The notes under the pieces were generated by a model. That model was not told where the DNA came from and ran no database searches. It saw nothing but the letters and a program-made list of their open reading frames with translations. Shown one piece after another: positions 23,114 to 38,100 of a stretch of DNA of 64,000 nt. The position numbers were made by a program, and so were the translations under genes. Each line of letters begins with the position of its first letter. The first letter of the stretch is position 1. Origin of the DNA: Halocafeteria seosinensis. Its lineage: Eukaryota. The DNA is taken from assembly GCA_001687465.1 (NCBI GenBank), contig LVLI01000172.1, forward strand, positions 186,001 to 250,000. Direction: 5' to 3'.

Positions 23114-26100
23114 ATGAGCGCTAGTTCGCCCATGTACAAACAAGACTCAGTGACCTCGACGACTGAATTGGAGGATACTGACGAAAATGTGCAGCATATT
23201 TTGCGGGGATTGTACCAATGTAGTGAAATAAGCGAACTCCGTGATGCAATCCAATCCCCAGTCTCGGACAATGAACTGGCAGCGATTGCCTCACAATTTC
23301 CCTTGGAGAATGAGCGCGAAGAAAGTGGAAATCTTAGGAGCGCACTCAACATGCTCGGCTCGGCTGCCGAGGATTCCAACTTGTGGGGTAACAGAGCCGG
23401 AGGAGGCCTCTTCTCCCAGCCATTGTCCAACCATACCTCGAACTCATCCACAGGGGAAGAAAGCCCGTCCGAAGCAGTAGCGAAGACATGGGAACCCTTC
23501 CTAGGTGGAGTGCCTCCACGGCAAATAGTTTCTTCCATGCAACCGGTACCAGGGATCGACTTGAGCCGCCCGGCCACGGCGATACTCTCAGGGAACATTG
23601 CAATGGAGCAATCCGACGAATGGACAAATCCCCTCACTAAACTGCGCAACGTGGCACGTGCAACCACATGCTCCACTTTGTGGAGCAACATAGAAGGTGA
23701 CGATCTTAACTCAGCTACGGATTCGTTGTCTCAAGCTTGTGGATTGGTGTCTCGCCTAGCTTCACAAGGCCGACTGCAGATGGACTCAATCGTGGCACTC
23801 GCCAACATTTTGTTTCGGCAGTCACCGACGACAACAGTGCGGATTGACGAAATTGAAAAATTAAAGCATTTGTATGCGTACGCCTTCAGCAGTAGTAAAG
23901 ACGGGGCCGTTTACAGCAGCAATGCGCGGGGTTGTGTGTCGTCATGTGGAGATGGTGGTGGTTCACCTTCCGCCGAGAGTCAAATGCTTGACAGCAATCT
24001 GAACAATAGTCTTCACTTCGGTGTCATTGATGGCAAATGTGGATTCGATTTGGAACAAAGAGTTATTCAAAACGTTGGTAGTGAGTTCGTTACAGTGGCA
24101 GCACTGGGGGCTCCTGTAGTGACAGGCAAACGCTATTTCGAAATGCAAGTTCTGGAACCTCAGTTGATGCAAATTGGATGGGCTAATCTGCGAGCGAAGT
24201 ACAGTGCGATGGAGGGTTACGGGGTAGGAGACAACCCACAGTCCTGGTCATGGTGCGGACAAAGGAACGTTCTCTTTCACGGAGAAAACCCTGATATTAA
24301 TAGTAAACGTTACGGCAATGTGTCTCGAGGTCCGTGGAAAGGCGGCGATATTGTGGGTTGCGCTATTGAACTCCCAGCGCTTGGGAGTGATAAGAAAGGG
24401 AAAATTCACTATTGGTTGAATGGGGAATACCTTGGTGTGGCCTTCGACAATGTTTATGTGTACGACCGCAGCGGCGAAATACTGCCACTGCATCCCGCCA
24501 TATCTGTTACCCAAAATACTAGACGCGCAGTGCGATTTAACTTTGGCGATGATCCTTCCAACCCTTTATTTAGCACGCCCAATGGTTATGAGCCCTTATC
24601 AAAAGCCGTGCTGGGGTCTCCAGGTTCAGATCCGGCCTTCCTATTTGCAAAAAACACTGGCAATCGGACAGCCTTAGACCTATCGCTCGGTGCTTCTGGC
24701 AATGGCAACCTTGATACTAGTGGTGAGTGTTCCTTGACAGCTAATGCCGAGAATTTTCCTATTGAAGTTTCCTATTGAATGTGCTTGCAGGAGGAAGTTA
24801 TGCGGATCGAGTCGAGGCAATAAACTCGACCAACTTCCTTGGTCGAAGTATAGCCCCTGTTGTGCTTGAATTCCAGCAGTCGCAGGGAGGAGAAGTACGG
24901 ATTGATCCAAACTCGTCCAATGAGGCTCGGGTGGGAACGAATACTACGATTGAATTCATTATAAAACCGAAGTTTAATCAGGATCAGGACTTGTATTGTT
25001 TGGCATCACGAGGAGATATTGCACTGGAATCTGAACGTCACGATGGATCTAGCGCGGACGAACAAACGCCTCGGAGAAATAACAAGTCAGGATGGGCTCT
25101 TTGTATTACCAGGCAAGGATCCATTATGTTGTATTTAGCCTCCAATGGTAGTAATGCTACCAACGCAATAGAATCGCCAACTGGACTTCTTTACGACAAT
25201 CAATGGACCCATTTGGCAGTTTCCTTTGAGAAGTCCAAAACGCGCTTTTACGTCAATGGTGGTCTTGCTCATAGTCACGAGGGTAGTACGGATATCCCGA
25301 ACGCCAGTAGACTGCTGCGCATTGGATGCTCTGCTGCTAATGGTCGATCTGGACCTTCGCGAAAAATTTTCAAACAGCATCATGACAAGTCTCAGCGGAA
25401 GAATGATCAGTGCGAAACTTTTCCTTTCTTTGGAATGCTTGCATGTATTCGACTGTGGAGCTCTCCCAGGAATGAAACCTACTTTAGGAATCCTAGGAAT
25501 CGTCAACGCTGTCTACGGCACAATCGCACGAACTTACCGACTGCTGAGTGGCTATTTAATGAAGGATGTAATGATCGGGTCATATGTACCACAAACTCAA
25601 GCCTTCACGGGACGATTGGCGGACATGTGTTCTGGTGTAGTGCATGGGGAGTCGACTCTTTGCATGACGAACTGGCTCGTAGGGAAGAACAGTTTCAAAG
25701 GCGTTTAGAAGGCTCCCGCCAGAGTGCTGAGACAACGTTCGAAAGATTTTATGCCGCCTCCGAAATCATCCGTCGTGGCGGGGACTCTGCTGAGCTCGCA
25801 TCTCCTTGCTGCGCTACAAGGTTTCTGGTAGACCCACATTGTCAGTTAAACCGTTTGGGCGAAGGATTAAGCTGTGACCAATCGGCTTGGAGGGTAGCGA
25901 CGTACTTTTTACTTCATTGCCTACGACTTATCGACACTCAAGAGAACGAGCAGCTCGCTCAGTTTGCTAATTCTAAGGCTAGCAAGTTCAAAAGAAGAAC
26001 TCACTCTCTTTGCAATCCCTTGAATTTTTCTTCGCTAGTACTACTTGTGACTTTATTAGGGAGACTGAAAGACGCAATCGGCGATCTCCAACGTTTACAG

Positions 26101-29100
26101 GAGGACGATAGGATGTTATTGCTTGCCAGCTTCAGTGCGGGTTTGCGTTTGCTCAGGTCAGCCCTTCAACGGATTGTTTTTCAGCAGCGGAAAGATAAGC
26201 AAACTACTGCATCGTCGGGAAACTGTTGGATTACTCTTCCGCGCTGGTTTTCTCAGCAGTATTTGCGTCCTCTGTTGTTAGGTTTATCCCATCGAATTCC
26301 AGAAATACGTTCGCGATTTTCGTGCCCGAAGTTGATAGAGTTCCTTTCTGCTCTTCTCCGGAATTGCACGGCATGTGCGGCCGAGTGTTTTCTATTGATC
26401 GAACCTGAACGCAACGGGAGGCGAGACGTCCTGGTCGAATTACTACATCGCGTAATGGATAGTTCTAATACTGGCTCTTTGTGGACGGGAGCTGCAGCTC
26501 CACAGCTTTTGGAGCAGGTGCTGTTGTTCCTCTCTTACTCTCCCCCGCCTCTTGATAAAGGTGTATTGAAAGAGGGGTTAGCAGCGGAAATCCCTAGAAT
26601 ACCTCACGAAACCGAGGATGTCAACTCTTGGCTACCGGTCCTTCGTGGTTGGCTTTGCACTGTTGCAAATACATCGGCCAACCTAGCCTCCAACACTACT
26701 TCTTTAACCCTAGGCTCATCGGCACACGAAGAATTGTTGGGAACACTCTTCTGTCGCAGCCCTCCGATGGCCGATTCTGGAAAAGATAAAAGACAAGTCG
26801 AAAAATATTCCCGACTATCACTGACGCCAAGCAGAGAGAAGATTGCACCGTCACCGTCGTTAGGAGGTGCTGGTTCGACCCTAGAAGATCGTTCAACGGA
26901 GACAATGGTAAAGAAAGTACTGAAGATGGCTCCGAAATGCTTTGCGCGAGCCCTGTTGTGGAAAGCAGATGGCGAACACACCGAACAGGAGGTGTACGCG
27001 TCTCGCATTGACGGTGTTATGCAGGGAGGGCAATCTTTACCGTTCTCTTCACCAATTCAATCATCCGATATTTTTATCACACCGACTGGTTCCGGGCGAT
27101 CAGCTGCAGATCATGACCAGGTGTCTACGACAAGCCATTCTGTAAATGCAGTTATCGATTCCTCGTCTGGTAGCATGCACACGATTTGGCTGCCGCACAT
27201 GGTCGAAAAAGGTGAGGAGGCCTCACTCAGTGTTCAACTAGATCGTGTGGGTCCCGCCATACAGAGGAGTACCGATCGTCAAGAACCTCGGGTATTCATT
27301 GGATTCACGAGAAGTAGACAAGAAAGGTCTGATATCTGGAACTCAGCTGATGCTTTCGGTGTAGTTCTTGGGTTGAATTTTGATGGGTTAGGACAGAATG
27401 CTTCATCTCCTTCGGCAGAAGCGGTGGAGATGTACTCCTGCAGTTCTGGTGGCGGTGATACAAAGCCTGGTCAGATTTGGGAAAAAGGAATGATCCGAAG
27501 GGATTTGCAAATAGCTGATATCCCTGTGTGCCATAAAGAGGGATCCTTAGATAGCAGGATTGGCTCTAGAGTCGTCTCTAATTATGCTCAGTTGGACGTT
27601 GATCTTTCTGGTTCCTCTAGTTCATCCGGCCAGTGCCATGTTCACGCCTCTGGGTCGATTGGGCTCTGGGTTGAGGAAGGATCGAGCTACCCTGTTTCTG
27701 GATCGGAAGCGGAGTCAAGAGTCGTTCAAAGTGGTGCCTGTCTAATAGATGAACTGCCGATATTTGACAATGTAACGCCTGAGAGCGCTTCTGCAAATTC
27801 GGGGAAACTGTACCCCGTACTTGTGATCTTTGACCCTCCTGGAGACATTCAAGCTAGCATTAAGTTAGGGAAGCGTAAAATCATCAGGGAATATCAGCCT
27901 CACACTTCTCCGGTATCGCAGCGTATGCTTCAGTCTCCTCTCCAAGGTAGACTACCAAACAACGGAGGTGCTATACATTTAGACGGTAGTCCGGAAGATG
28001 TGTGGGAGGTAGCGATGATGGCAAGCTCACAGGGGCAAGGTCATACCTGTGCAGGCAGTGGAAGTTCTCTCTGTGTCGCATGTCTATTACAGTTTTTATC
28101 TGCATTTTTCAGTGAGACAGTAGAAGGTCCCTTTCGTATGTGCCCATTGCTATTGGCCAACGCTTACGAGCACCTAAGTGTCGTTGCGGAGAGATCGAGT
28201 CAGAGAATATGGTCTGTTGATGAGTTCAACGAAGAAGTCGTCGGTTACCTGCTGAAGCTCTGCTGCTCACCATCTCATCAATTTGAAAGCCGCTCTTTGC
28301 AAAACACCCTTCTCCGTTTTGTGGCTTGCATTTTCCAAATTGATTTGAAGCATCATCAGAATAATTCAGATTTTATATTCTATGGAGGGTCGCTAAACCG
28401 ACTCGTTCCTGCGTGCTGGGCAAAGAGCAGCGGTGCTGCTGTTGCATCCGGAAATGATGAAGTCAACTCAGATCAATCTGCCGACCCTGGAGATGACAGT
28501 GGAGACGAGGGAGACAGAACGTCCCTAAGCGATGTCTCTATGAATAGTGGGCGGTCAGACGGGGTTGGTACGCAAACCATTCTCAGTGTGGTATGTGAAA
28601 CTGACGAAGATTACTCTCTTTTTGGAGGCGTCTGTCTAAGCGAATTCGCCAGCGGTGTCCCTGATACGGTTAATGCTGACAGAGATAGTTCTACCCTCTT
28701 GAAGGATGTTCCAAGCTGTTTATCCGCTTTAGTGTCGTCTTTCGATGAAGCTGTGTCAGAATTAAAGGATCATGGAGGTGTTCCGATTTCTGCTATGGAC
28801 TCTACTGTTGCCTGCAACGATTCTCAAGTGACGTTTCATGATGATGAGGTCAACACAATAAATTTTGGTACTTCATGGCGAAGAGCCCGAATAGGTCAAT
28901 CGCTGGAGGAATTAACGCAACAAACGGCAAACGAGGATTCGGCTTACTTCTCCTTCCTCTTCTCTTTGCGAGCAGCGAATGGGATTTCTCCTTGGGAATT
29001 TCGAATAAATATAGAAGACAACACGGGTAATTCGATGCTTAGCATTTATCTAGACGGTGATGTATTGATGGACAACACGATCATCTCTTCTAGTAAACTC

Positions 29101-32100
29101 CCTTGTATGGCTAATACGTGGGTATTCCACTATGATCGCGACTCCGAGTCTGTCCAAATTGGTTTTGTTTGTGATAATACAAACCGTACACCAGGCAATA
29201 TGTTCAATGCATTTGATAAGGGAAATATGCTGCTGATGGATAGAGGCTCGGTCCATTGGAGTAACTCCGTACCGATAAGTCAACAAAATGCGAAGCGCCA
29301 AGATACGTACGTCTCTATTTCGAAGAGCGGTGGGTCTGCTGACGTTGGTCTACGAAGAGTGAAATGGCTACCGTCTACTTCGGCGCAGAAGCCAAGATTG
29401 GAGAGAAGCCTTGCGCGAGGCTCCAGATCCAGTCCTCGTCTTGTCAAAGTACACCGGTCCCATTTTACGATGGCGTCAAAGTTGGCTGAGGAACTAACCC
29501 AGTCCATATCCCAATCGAAGGGAGGCTCTGATTCTTTGGTCTACTGTTTGCGAGGAGGAGTTTTGAAGAACGTCTTGCTTCCTTTGCTGGCATCAATCTC
29601 GCAGGGGAAGGCTGAGTTTTCAGCGGAACTGCAGCACTGTGTCCAGTCGTTGGCAACTTTGTCCCGGCAGTATTTAGATGTTGGTAACGAATATTTGGAA
29701 TCCCTCAAGTCTGGAGAGTATATGTCTGATGTCGAAATACAGCACATCGGTGATGAGGTCGCGGCGAATATAAATGTTGTAATGCATTGCTTGGGTACCC
29801 TTATTCACGGAGGGATTTTCCGTTGTATTGAACTAATCGAGGATCCCACTCCTGCCCTTCCATTAGCGGGGTTTGTTTCTAGCGATGTGGACGGAGCAAA
29901 GGAGTTAACTCGTGGAAAGCTATTGAAGCAAGGCTTATTTAAGAATGATAGCATGCAGGCGAATAATAATGAAAGAGAAAGAGCGTTGGAGCTACTGTGC
30001 GGGAACTTAACGTCCCCGGATCTCTGGGGTCATGTTAAATCCCTAAAGTGTGCACATCCGAAGAATATCATCGCTCGAAAAGTGGGTGACCGTCTAAATA
30101 AGGCCGCTAGGGCAGGGGTGGCTGCATTACTGTATCACTCCGGTCGGATGAACCAAGCTATTGGTGAGGTGGAGAGGTCCGCTGCGGTATCAGTTGACGA
30201 AGAATTAGGGAAACTGGTCAGACATATTAAGGAATGGGGATATTATAAGGCCGAGAAACTGTACAAAAGGAATAATGAACGAACGGAAATGACTCAATGT
30301 CTCTCCACTGTGGAGGAAGAATTGTATAGTCGTGCATCGTTTCTAGTAGAGAATTTTCGACCTTGCTGTCTTTCTGAAGGTGATAGTCACGTTCACGCTG
30401 TGGCTGAGTTGGTTGAGGAAATCCGAAACTTTTTGAAGCGTGATCTTAGTCTTAATTTGGTACGAAACGTTTTTGAGGTGACCGATGCTGCTTCCAAAAG
30501 GGCTCGTGGTTTATTTGAACTGATTGTTCATTATTCGCGGTATGTCTTGTCTCATGAGAACATGCGTACGTCTGTCACAAATGGTGTTATGGTTTTGCGA
30601 GCGAAGTGCTACCACACAGTGTATTTTTGGCTTTCCCAAGTCATATTTCCTTTGGAAAACCAGGACAACCTACGTAACTCTCCAGAGGGCTCTTGGGCGA
30701 CAGCACTGGCTGAACCATGGAATCTCATGGATCAATTGGTTTTCTTGTCGGACAGGGCAACCGCGGCTACGGGTAACTCCCCTCCCTCGTTGAAGCAACG
30801 TTCGCTAAGCTATTACTTAAACTTGGAAGATCGACTAGTTGGGGACGCATCATTGTCGAAGTCGCTGACCAGTTTGTTCGGTGATGCTGTCTCATACGTC
30901 ATGGAGTCGGTGTGTGCAGCTTCAGACTTTCTCAATGGTTCTCGGTCTCAATTTGCAGGAACAACTGGCATGAGCCTGGAGGGAACTTGTGCTTTAGACT
31001 TACTCGTTGGTAAGCCTCTAGTTTGCGATGTGAACGGATTCTCGTCAAGGACGGCAGCGAAAGAGTTGTCAATGAAGTGGATAAAGGATAGTTTAAGGTG
31101 CCTGAATGAAATCGATTGCACCTTGAACACGATTGCGAGTGTTTGCCAAACGTTGCTTTGTATTTTAAGGCTCGCCACTGACACGCGCGATGGGGAGGTC
31201 GTAGACGTTCTAGATGGCAAATTTTTTACTCTGTTAGATAAGCTAACGGAGTTATCGTCCTTTATGGTGTCTGCTGACTGCGAACAAAGCTCTAAGCGGG
31301 GCCTATATTATAGCGTAAAGCGTTCTTCGTTGTACGTATATTTTGGTCCTTCAAAGAGAGTCAAGCAATGCGCCAGAGTCCTCCTACAAACGACCACCGT
31401 ATGCTTCAAATACCTGTCATTCTGTGTGAGCAGAAAATTTGAGAAGGAAGACACTAATGCCTCAATTGATGAGCTCTTGCGTGTAATTTGGCAGCCAGTG
31501 TCCCGAGCGTTTGAAGCGTTAAAGACCCATTCCCATGGCTGTTACGATATTGTTGACCCGACCGTTTTCTTCAGGTGGCTAATGCACGAGCGGCATAATC
31601 CTCAACAACAGTTGCTGGACTCCAATGTAGGGGTTCCCTATTCTGATCCGGGAAATTATTCACACAATGGTAGACACTCGAAAGGGTTTTCCAGCCTTGT
31701 TGCGGACAAACTTGCCTCGACCTTTCTGCGAGGTGGGGCATCAAAGTTTACCCACCGAAATTATCGCAACTTAGTTAGCGGGGTAGGTGAGAATGACAGC
31801 ATACCAGATGAGGCTGCCAAGGCCAGTGCGAGAGTTGCGCGGTGGGTAGGTTTCGTTCCGACGGAAGCAGAAGGGGACGAGCCGGAAATGAAATTCACTC
31901 CTCATGGAATCAGGGAATCCTCGTTGGATTGGAGATCTCCGAGTAATCCTCGGAGGTCGAGGGGTGCATTTGATGAAGGTTTCAAGCATCACCTTCGGTG
32001 TATAAAAAGCTGCAACGATTTGAGCGAAGTATCCGCTTACGTTTTACGGCACTTTCGCGAAATCCCCCAGATGTTTTCTCGTGAGAAGAATGACATTCAG

Positions 32101-35100
32101 AATATCTTCGATCTCGAACAACAATATTTTGAAGTGTACCGCCCTGAGCTATTAAGGACTCTACGTAAGACCATTGTCGAGATTCGGTTGCAATCTACTT
32201 TCCTTGGCGCCTGTTTGAGGCCTGTTGCGAGTTTATGTAAGAAAAATAACCATGGTACTCAGTTGATGAGTTCCCCATGGGTCAACCTTCTCTGCCGGAT
32301 TTGTACTTACTGTAGTGATTCGTTGACCGTAGTTTGCTCCCGGATCCTCCAGCGCGTGCTTCCAAGGATTCGTCCTCGTCAGGTAACGGTATGTGTCGAT
32401 GGAAGTTCGCAAGATGCCGACGGTAGGTACATTGTAGACATGCTATTAGAAAAATGTGCCTCAATGGTATTGCGTGAATCGGAAACTGTTTCGGGACCGG
32501 AACTGTGGGAGCGGGCTGACCCAAGCGCTTCTTGGACCGAGGTGCTCGAGTGGGAGCTGCAGCAGTGTGGAAGTGCAATAATAGGGTCCATTGCCGAAAA
32601 TGATCGACAGCTCCTGGTAACAACCTTATCAGGTACCATTAGGAGCCTCTATGGAAATGAATACTGGAATGCGTTTATTGGGCAAAAGCTTAGCGATTGT
32701 ATCTATGAAGGCACAAGACACATCGATGAGGGTACTACGTCACACGCCACTGGAGGGCACGCTGCCTACCTGAAAGGCGTTCAGAAGGCAACAGTTGCCT
32801 TGATGGTTTATGGTGGCTCGATACAGTCCTTAAGTACATTTGCAACTGTTGAGGTCCCATCGCTGTCCCTCGCCCGTCGACACGGTCGGGGAGTGCAGTC
32901 GACTTCCCAACAGTTTCGAGCAATGGAGGAAGACTCTGCCTTAGGGGTGCCTTCAGAAGAACTGAACTACTGTTTTAGCTCTGGTTTTTCAAAACTGCTT
33001 GAGTCCCTTGAAACAATCGCTGACGACGAGGAAATCGTATATCCGATGCACACGTTTTCCCTAATGGAGAATTTCTTGGAGGAAGTGAAAGCAAATGGAG
33101 TGTTGGGAACATTTGTGGGAATAGAATCGCTACCGGATGCCGCGGCTTCCCAGTTATATATTGGTAGCTCTCAGATGGAAGAGCCGCATGTGCTGTCCGA
33201 TCGTAATTGGCATGCGTCTCGCGCCATTGTTTACGTACACAGTCCCAACCACAAAGTTCCAATTGTTCTTTCCGTGCCCCTGTCATGTGTTCGGCCAATT
33301 TCTGAGCCCCAGGAACTGCCTCCATCACATACCCTCTGGCCAGCTATCACCGAGGCCGCGCTGAATGTTGGTTTGAACGAGAACATGCACATGGAACAGC
33401 TTTGCGCAACTCGAGACAAACCACGAGTTGCTGGTAGTTTGCCGCCGGTGAGTAAAGCCACGCAAGCGTTCTTGGGCGTCGAGCATTCCACACTAAGGTC
33501 GTTGGGGAAATCGGCACATGGTACGGATGACCTGGAGAAGTTATGGTGGTACTGGGACCCTATTCGAGCAAAATGCCACCGCGAAGAGACCACCGGATTT
33601 CAAGTAGCAGCTGCAATAACTCCGCTCCCCTCAAAATCCTCCGAGTCGACATATGTCTTAGTTTATTCGGAAGCCATGGGGGGAATTGACAGTTACACAG
33701 AACCGGTGGAAATGCAGCACGCGCATATACCCAGAAGGCCTTCCCTCTTGGCCGGTGCAGAAAACGACGTGGCTCCCTTTATCGCTCACGCTTCTCCCAG
33801 GGGATCAAAGGCGACTTCGAGGCGTTTGGTGGTAGATGCCGCTCTCAGTGACTCAGTAATGTGCTGGGAATGGGAAATTATATCCGATTCCAATCCTTCC
33901 GACCGCCTATATATAGGCGTTGGGAGCCCGCCCTTCAGTGAACCGGAAAATTGCTACTTATGGGAGCCGAAATCTGGTGATATTCATGCGAAAAATACAA
34001 CTGGTTCAAAACGTCAGGGCAGCCCTAAACACAGCCGTAAAGTTGAGTTACATAGGGGTGACAGAATCAGATGTATCTTCGACGGGCAGCGAGGGTGCTT
34101 GCGATTCTCAATTTGTCATTCACAGCATTCTGGAGAAAGACACATTGTGGCAAACACGATGTCCTGGCAAAGCATGTTCTCAAATGACCGCAAAAGTAGC
34201 AACTCAGGAAGGGTCGATTCGTTTGCTGACTTTTTAGAAGGAGGTTGGATCGATCTCGGTGAAATTATCTCTGGTGTCCAGGGTCCGGTTCAACCGATGC
34301 TTTCAGCCACCTGTCCGTCGCTGGTGTTCGAATTTCGCGGCATGACCAAGCTAGAGAGCTTTTTTACTCTTGACCCTTCTGTGCAGATGTGCCACGAATT
34401 GCGTAGCAGCAGAAGCCATGAGCAAACACTTTCACGGTATCTTTTTGCTGTTCATTCTTGCAGAGCACTTCGAACGATGCTGAGGGACGCAGATGCCGCT
34501 AAGGCGTTCCTGCAAGATGATGAAGATTCTGGCGTCATCGGTAGTCCCTCTTTTGCGAAAGAGATCCAGGGTGGGGTGGTTGCAAGGCAGCAGCTTCTAA
34601 AATTGGCTCTGCAAGCCACTGGCACATACGGACTTCTAGATTTGACTAATTGTGAAGAGCTGTGGGCGTTACAACGTAACGCCACTCGCAAGAAATCTAC
34701 CGAATGTGTCACTGCGAAAGGGGTTGCACATCTTAACAGTTGGGCAATGGTGAAACAGGCTGAGAATTACATGCATCGTGTGCGGATAACAGAGCAGGAT
34801 TTATCGCCGAAGCGACCACCGTCCAATGCTGAAGCAGCGGTCGGAGGTTCAGGTCCGGATGCTGTTGGGGTGGACGACGAGTCGTTTTCGACTCTGACTG
34901 CAATGGGATTCATGGAGGATCAGTGTATTGCTGCTTTGCATCAGGCTGGAAATGATCTCAATAGAGCAGTTGAATTATTGACATCTGGATCTATCACGAC
35001 TAGTGGCGCTGCTGAAGTGAGTACCGAGCCCATTGCGGATGGCGAAGCCGCCGGAAAAAATACTCAGCGGTCTGAGCAGGCTTCCAAGGAATCTGTGAAT

Positions 35101-38100
35101 GAAATCTTCAAAATGGCTAATCTCGCAACGACGCAAAATAAGGAGTCGGTTATGCTCTTCGTAAATAATTTAGCTCGCTTTCAACTAATCCCAACAGTCC
35201 CTGCTTCCCAGCAATCTGAGGCACCAGGGAACGAAAGCAATGCCTCCACGGTGTGCCTGGAATTGGTGGAAGACAATATGGAAGAAGAGATTGGTGATCG
35301 CGCATACAACCCATCCAGCCGCTTTTATCCAGATACGAGACCAGGAGCTGGAGCCTTTAGGAACGATGAAGAGGGTGATATTCCGATTCAGCCTCGAACG
35401 TCTGCGGTGGCGGGAGGTGAAGATGCATACTTTACGCCCCGACCCGGATGCCCTAGTAGAGAAGCATTGGGACTTAAATTATCGACAGGTGTTGAAGCAG
35501 AAGATGGAGAGTTGCAGCAAGCAAGTACCATGCAATGGCGCTCTAGATCTCATCTCTTACGTCCTTTTGTTGATAATTGCCTCGCTGCTCAAAGCTGGTT
35601 AGTTAGTAGATACTGCGATACCTCTGATGTAATTGAAAGCGTTCAATACTCCTCTGGCGTCTTGTTATCCCTATATTCTCGGGAGATATTGATGATGCTA
35701 CTGGGAGCATGGCACAGCTTCAGCGGCTATCATAATTTGTCGCGTGACAGCAGTACCGAATCTTGCCACCAACTACATGGTGATGCTGCGATGCCTCCGT
35801 TTTCTGTTGTTAAGTTCTTTGGAGAGAACTTTTTGCCTGAGCCATTTAGCAAGGGCTCCTCACTGTCGTTTCGCCCTGAGTTTGCGCGGTGGCTTGTAGG
35901 AACATTAACGAAAGTTACTGCTATCAAGAGCCCCAATTCAAATGCTGATGCTGAAATGCAGGATGTAGAACCGGAGCCTACAGTATCAAATGAATCTGCG
36001 GAAGAATTGGATCCCTACTGCGCATTTGCGGCCTTTATCCATGCAGTTATTAGTCAGCAAGCATTCCTAACGTTCGATGTACACTCCGGAGGAAATATGC
36101 ACAGTTTCGGAGGGAGCTTTAATCGCTCTTCGTCTTTTATCCAGCGTTCTCTGAGCGCAAGCATAATGCCCGGCTCTAGGAAGATGGCGATTGTTCCAAC
36201 GGTTATGCACACGTTGGTGAACCAGGAGACGACTAGTCCGGTCGTTTCACCGGAATTCTTCATTGAGCCACTTGTACAGAAAGCTTTAGATTCGACAAAA
36301 TTAGTTGAAATCCCTATCATGCAAGATTTCAAGGGATCAGCTACTCAGGAAGAGGGAAATGTGTTAGATTTTGTTCTTCTTTCTACACTGGCACTGCACT
36401 TGAATGCGCTCTCGCATCCTTCCCAGCGTACGCGGGTTGACTCGGGGTACAGATTAGTGCGCGACAGCCAAGTGATGCGACAACCCTCGCCACGAGTCGC
36501 AGAGTGGATGACAGAAACAATGCGGAGACGATGTTACAATTCTCAGCAATCAATCACAGGAAAATTTCAAGGACTGCTTGAACTATACTCCATTTGGTCG
36601 CTTTGTCTGCGCAGTCCGTTGATGAATGTCAAAGAGATCTGTTTTAGGACGATGTCTGAGATTCTGGAGGAAGCAAGACGGTGGACTATGTCATATTCTA
36701 CTGAGGTCAATTTTGCCTCGGATTCTTGGAAGAAATTCTTGACAGCTGTTCCAGCTGAAAGGATAGAGACTCTTGCAATGCGCAGACTTGATTGGGAAAG
36801 GGAAGACACTCCACGTTGCAGTCGCTATCTCCAAGCGTTGCTAGAGTTTACTTCTTTGCTGCGCTTCGTCAGAGAACGTATTCTTGAGGATCAAGGTCAT
36901 GGATCGTTTGATTCTTCTACGTCAGGAAGGAGAGCTCCTCCTCCTCCGTCGCACGACGTTGTAGCTCCTGCTCCTAACGGCTCTTCATCCGATTCTGTGC
37001 TCGCGGACGTCCTTGGAAACAGAGAACGTTATGCGCTCAGTTTCGAGGAAGACAATGCCCATGTTTCTATAAAAGGTGTGGGGGAAATGGCTACTCCCTT
37101 GCCAGCATGGAGCGCAGAATTTTATATTAAGCGTGGTTTGAATAGCAGGATCGAGGTATCGAAAGCCTCTCAGTCATCTCATGTCTCCTCAGAGTGTCCG
37201 CAAAGCATTAGCTCTTCCTCGCAGGCTCCCACAGTTTCTCGCTCGTCTACTCAGTCAGCAACGCAGCAGCAGCGTGGTCTCTTTGACTCCTTTTCCCCTG
37301 AGCCTAATGGACAGACGGGTAGTCTCTTCAGCAATTCAGGATCTCAGGATTTGTTTTTCCCACGCATGCGTGAGTCGCAGAATGAAACCGAACAAGAAGG
37401 CGGTAACCAAGAAGATGAAGATTTCAGGACGGCTCTTGCTATGCAACTGGAGGAAGCTGGAGGTGAACAAGACGTAGAGGTGATGTCACTGTACAGACGT
37501 TCTGGCTTTGGTGGCGCTGAAAACCAAGATGATCGCGGGCGAGCAATGGCCGAGTTCCTGCGTCAAGCATCTGCTGGTGCCCCTGTACACGAGTTGCCTA
37601 TTGGATCTGATGGTTCGATTCCTGAGCCGCAGAGTGCTCGTGGAGTGCGAAACTCTAGAGGTAGAGGACGAGGTCGGAGTCGAGGGGCACCTGCTAACCC
37701 TCCGCCAGGACGTCTTGTGCCCATCCCCGGTGGCTCTGAACATCCACGGGGGATCCGGCAGCGTGTCCGGGGGAATGCTTCTGATGATAAAATAGGGTCA
37801 AAAGCGTTTCCACCGAACGCTGAAGTGCTCGCGAGGGGACCCGATGGCACTGGTCTCTTGTTGTCAGACGGTAATTATGGGGCTCCAGAGGGGGAGTCTG
37901 TAGCAGTAAGACTTCCGGGGAATGTTCTTTCGAGCCGCAAACTCACTGGCCGCTCACAGTTTGGACAGTGTAGTGGCGTTCAGGTACCTTGGATTTCTGA
38001 GGATGACGTTGTGGACTCCTCTGTAGCAGCGATTGAAAACGATACAATCAGGTTTGGATTTTCTTGTCCTCGGAACGAATGGGTTCACTTGACGTTCGTA

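Noticed and set aside
24770..24790. Programmed frameshift or overlap between the 729-aa and 6031-aa ORFs
   Set aside because: A canonical 68-nt GT-AG intron (24723-24790) joins the frames.
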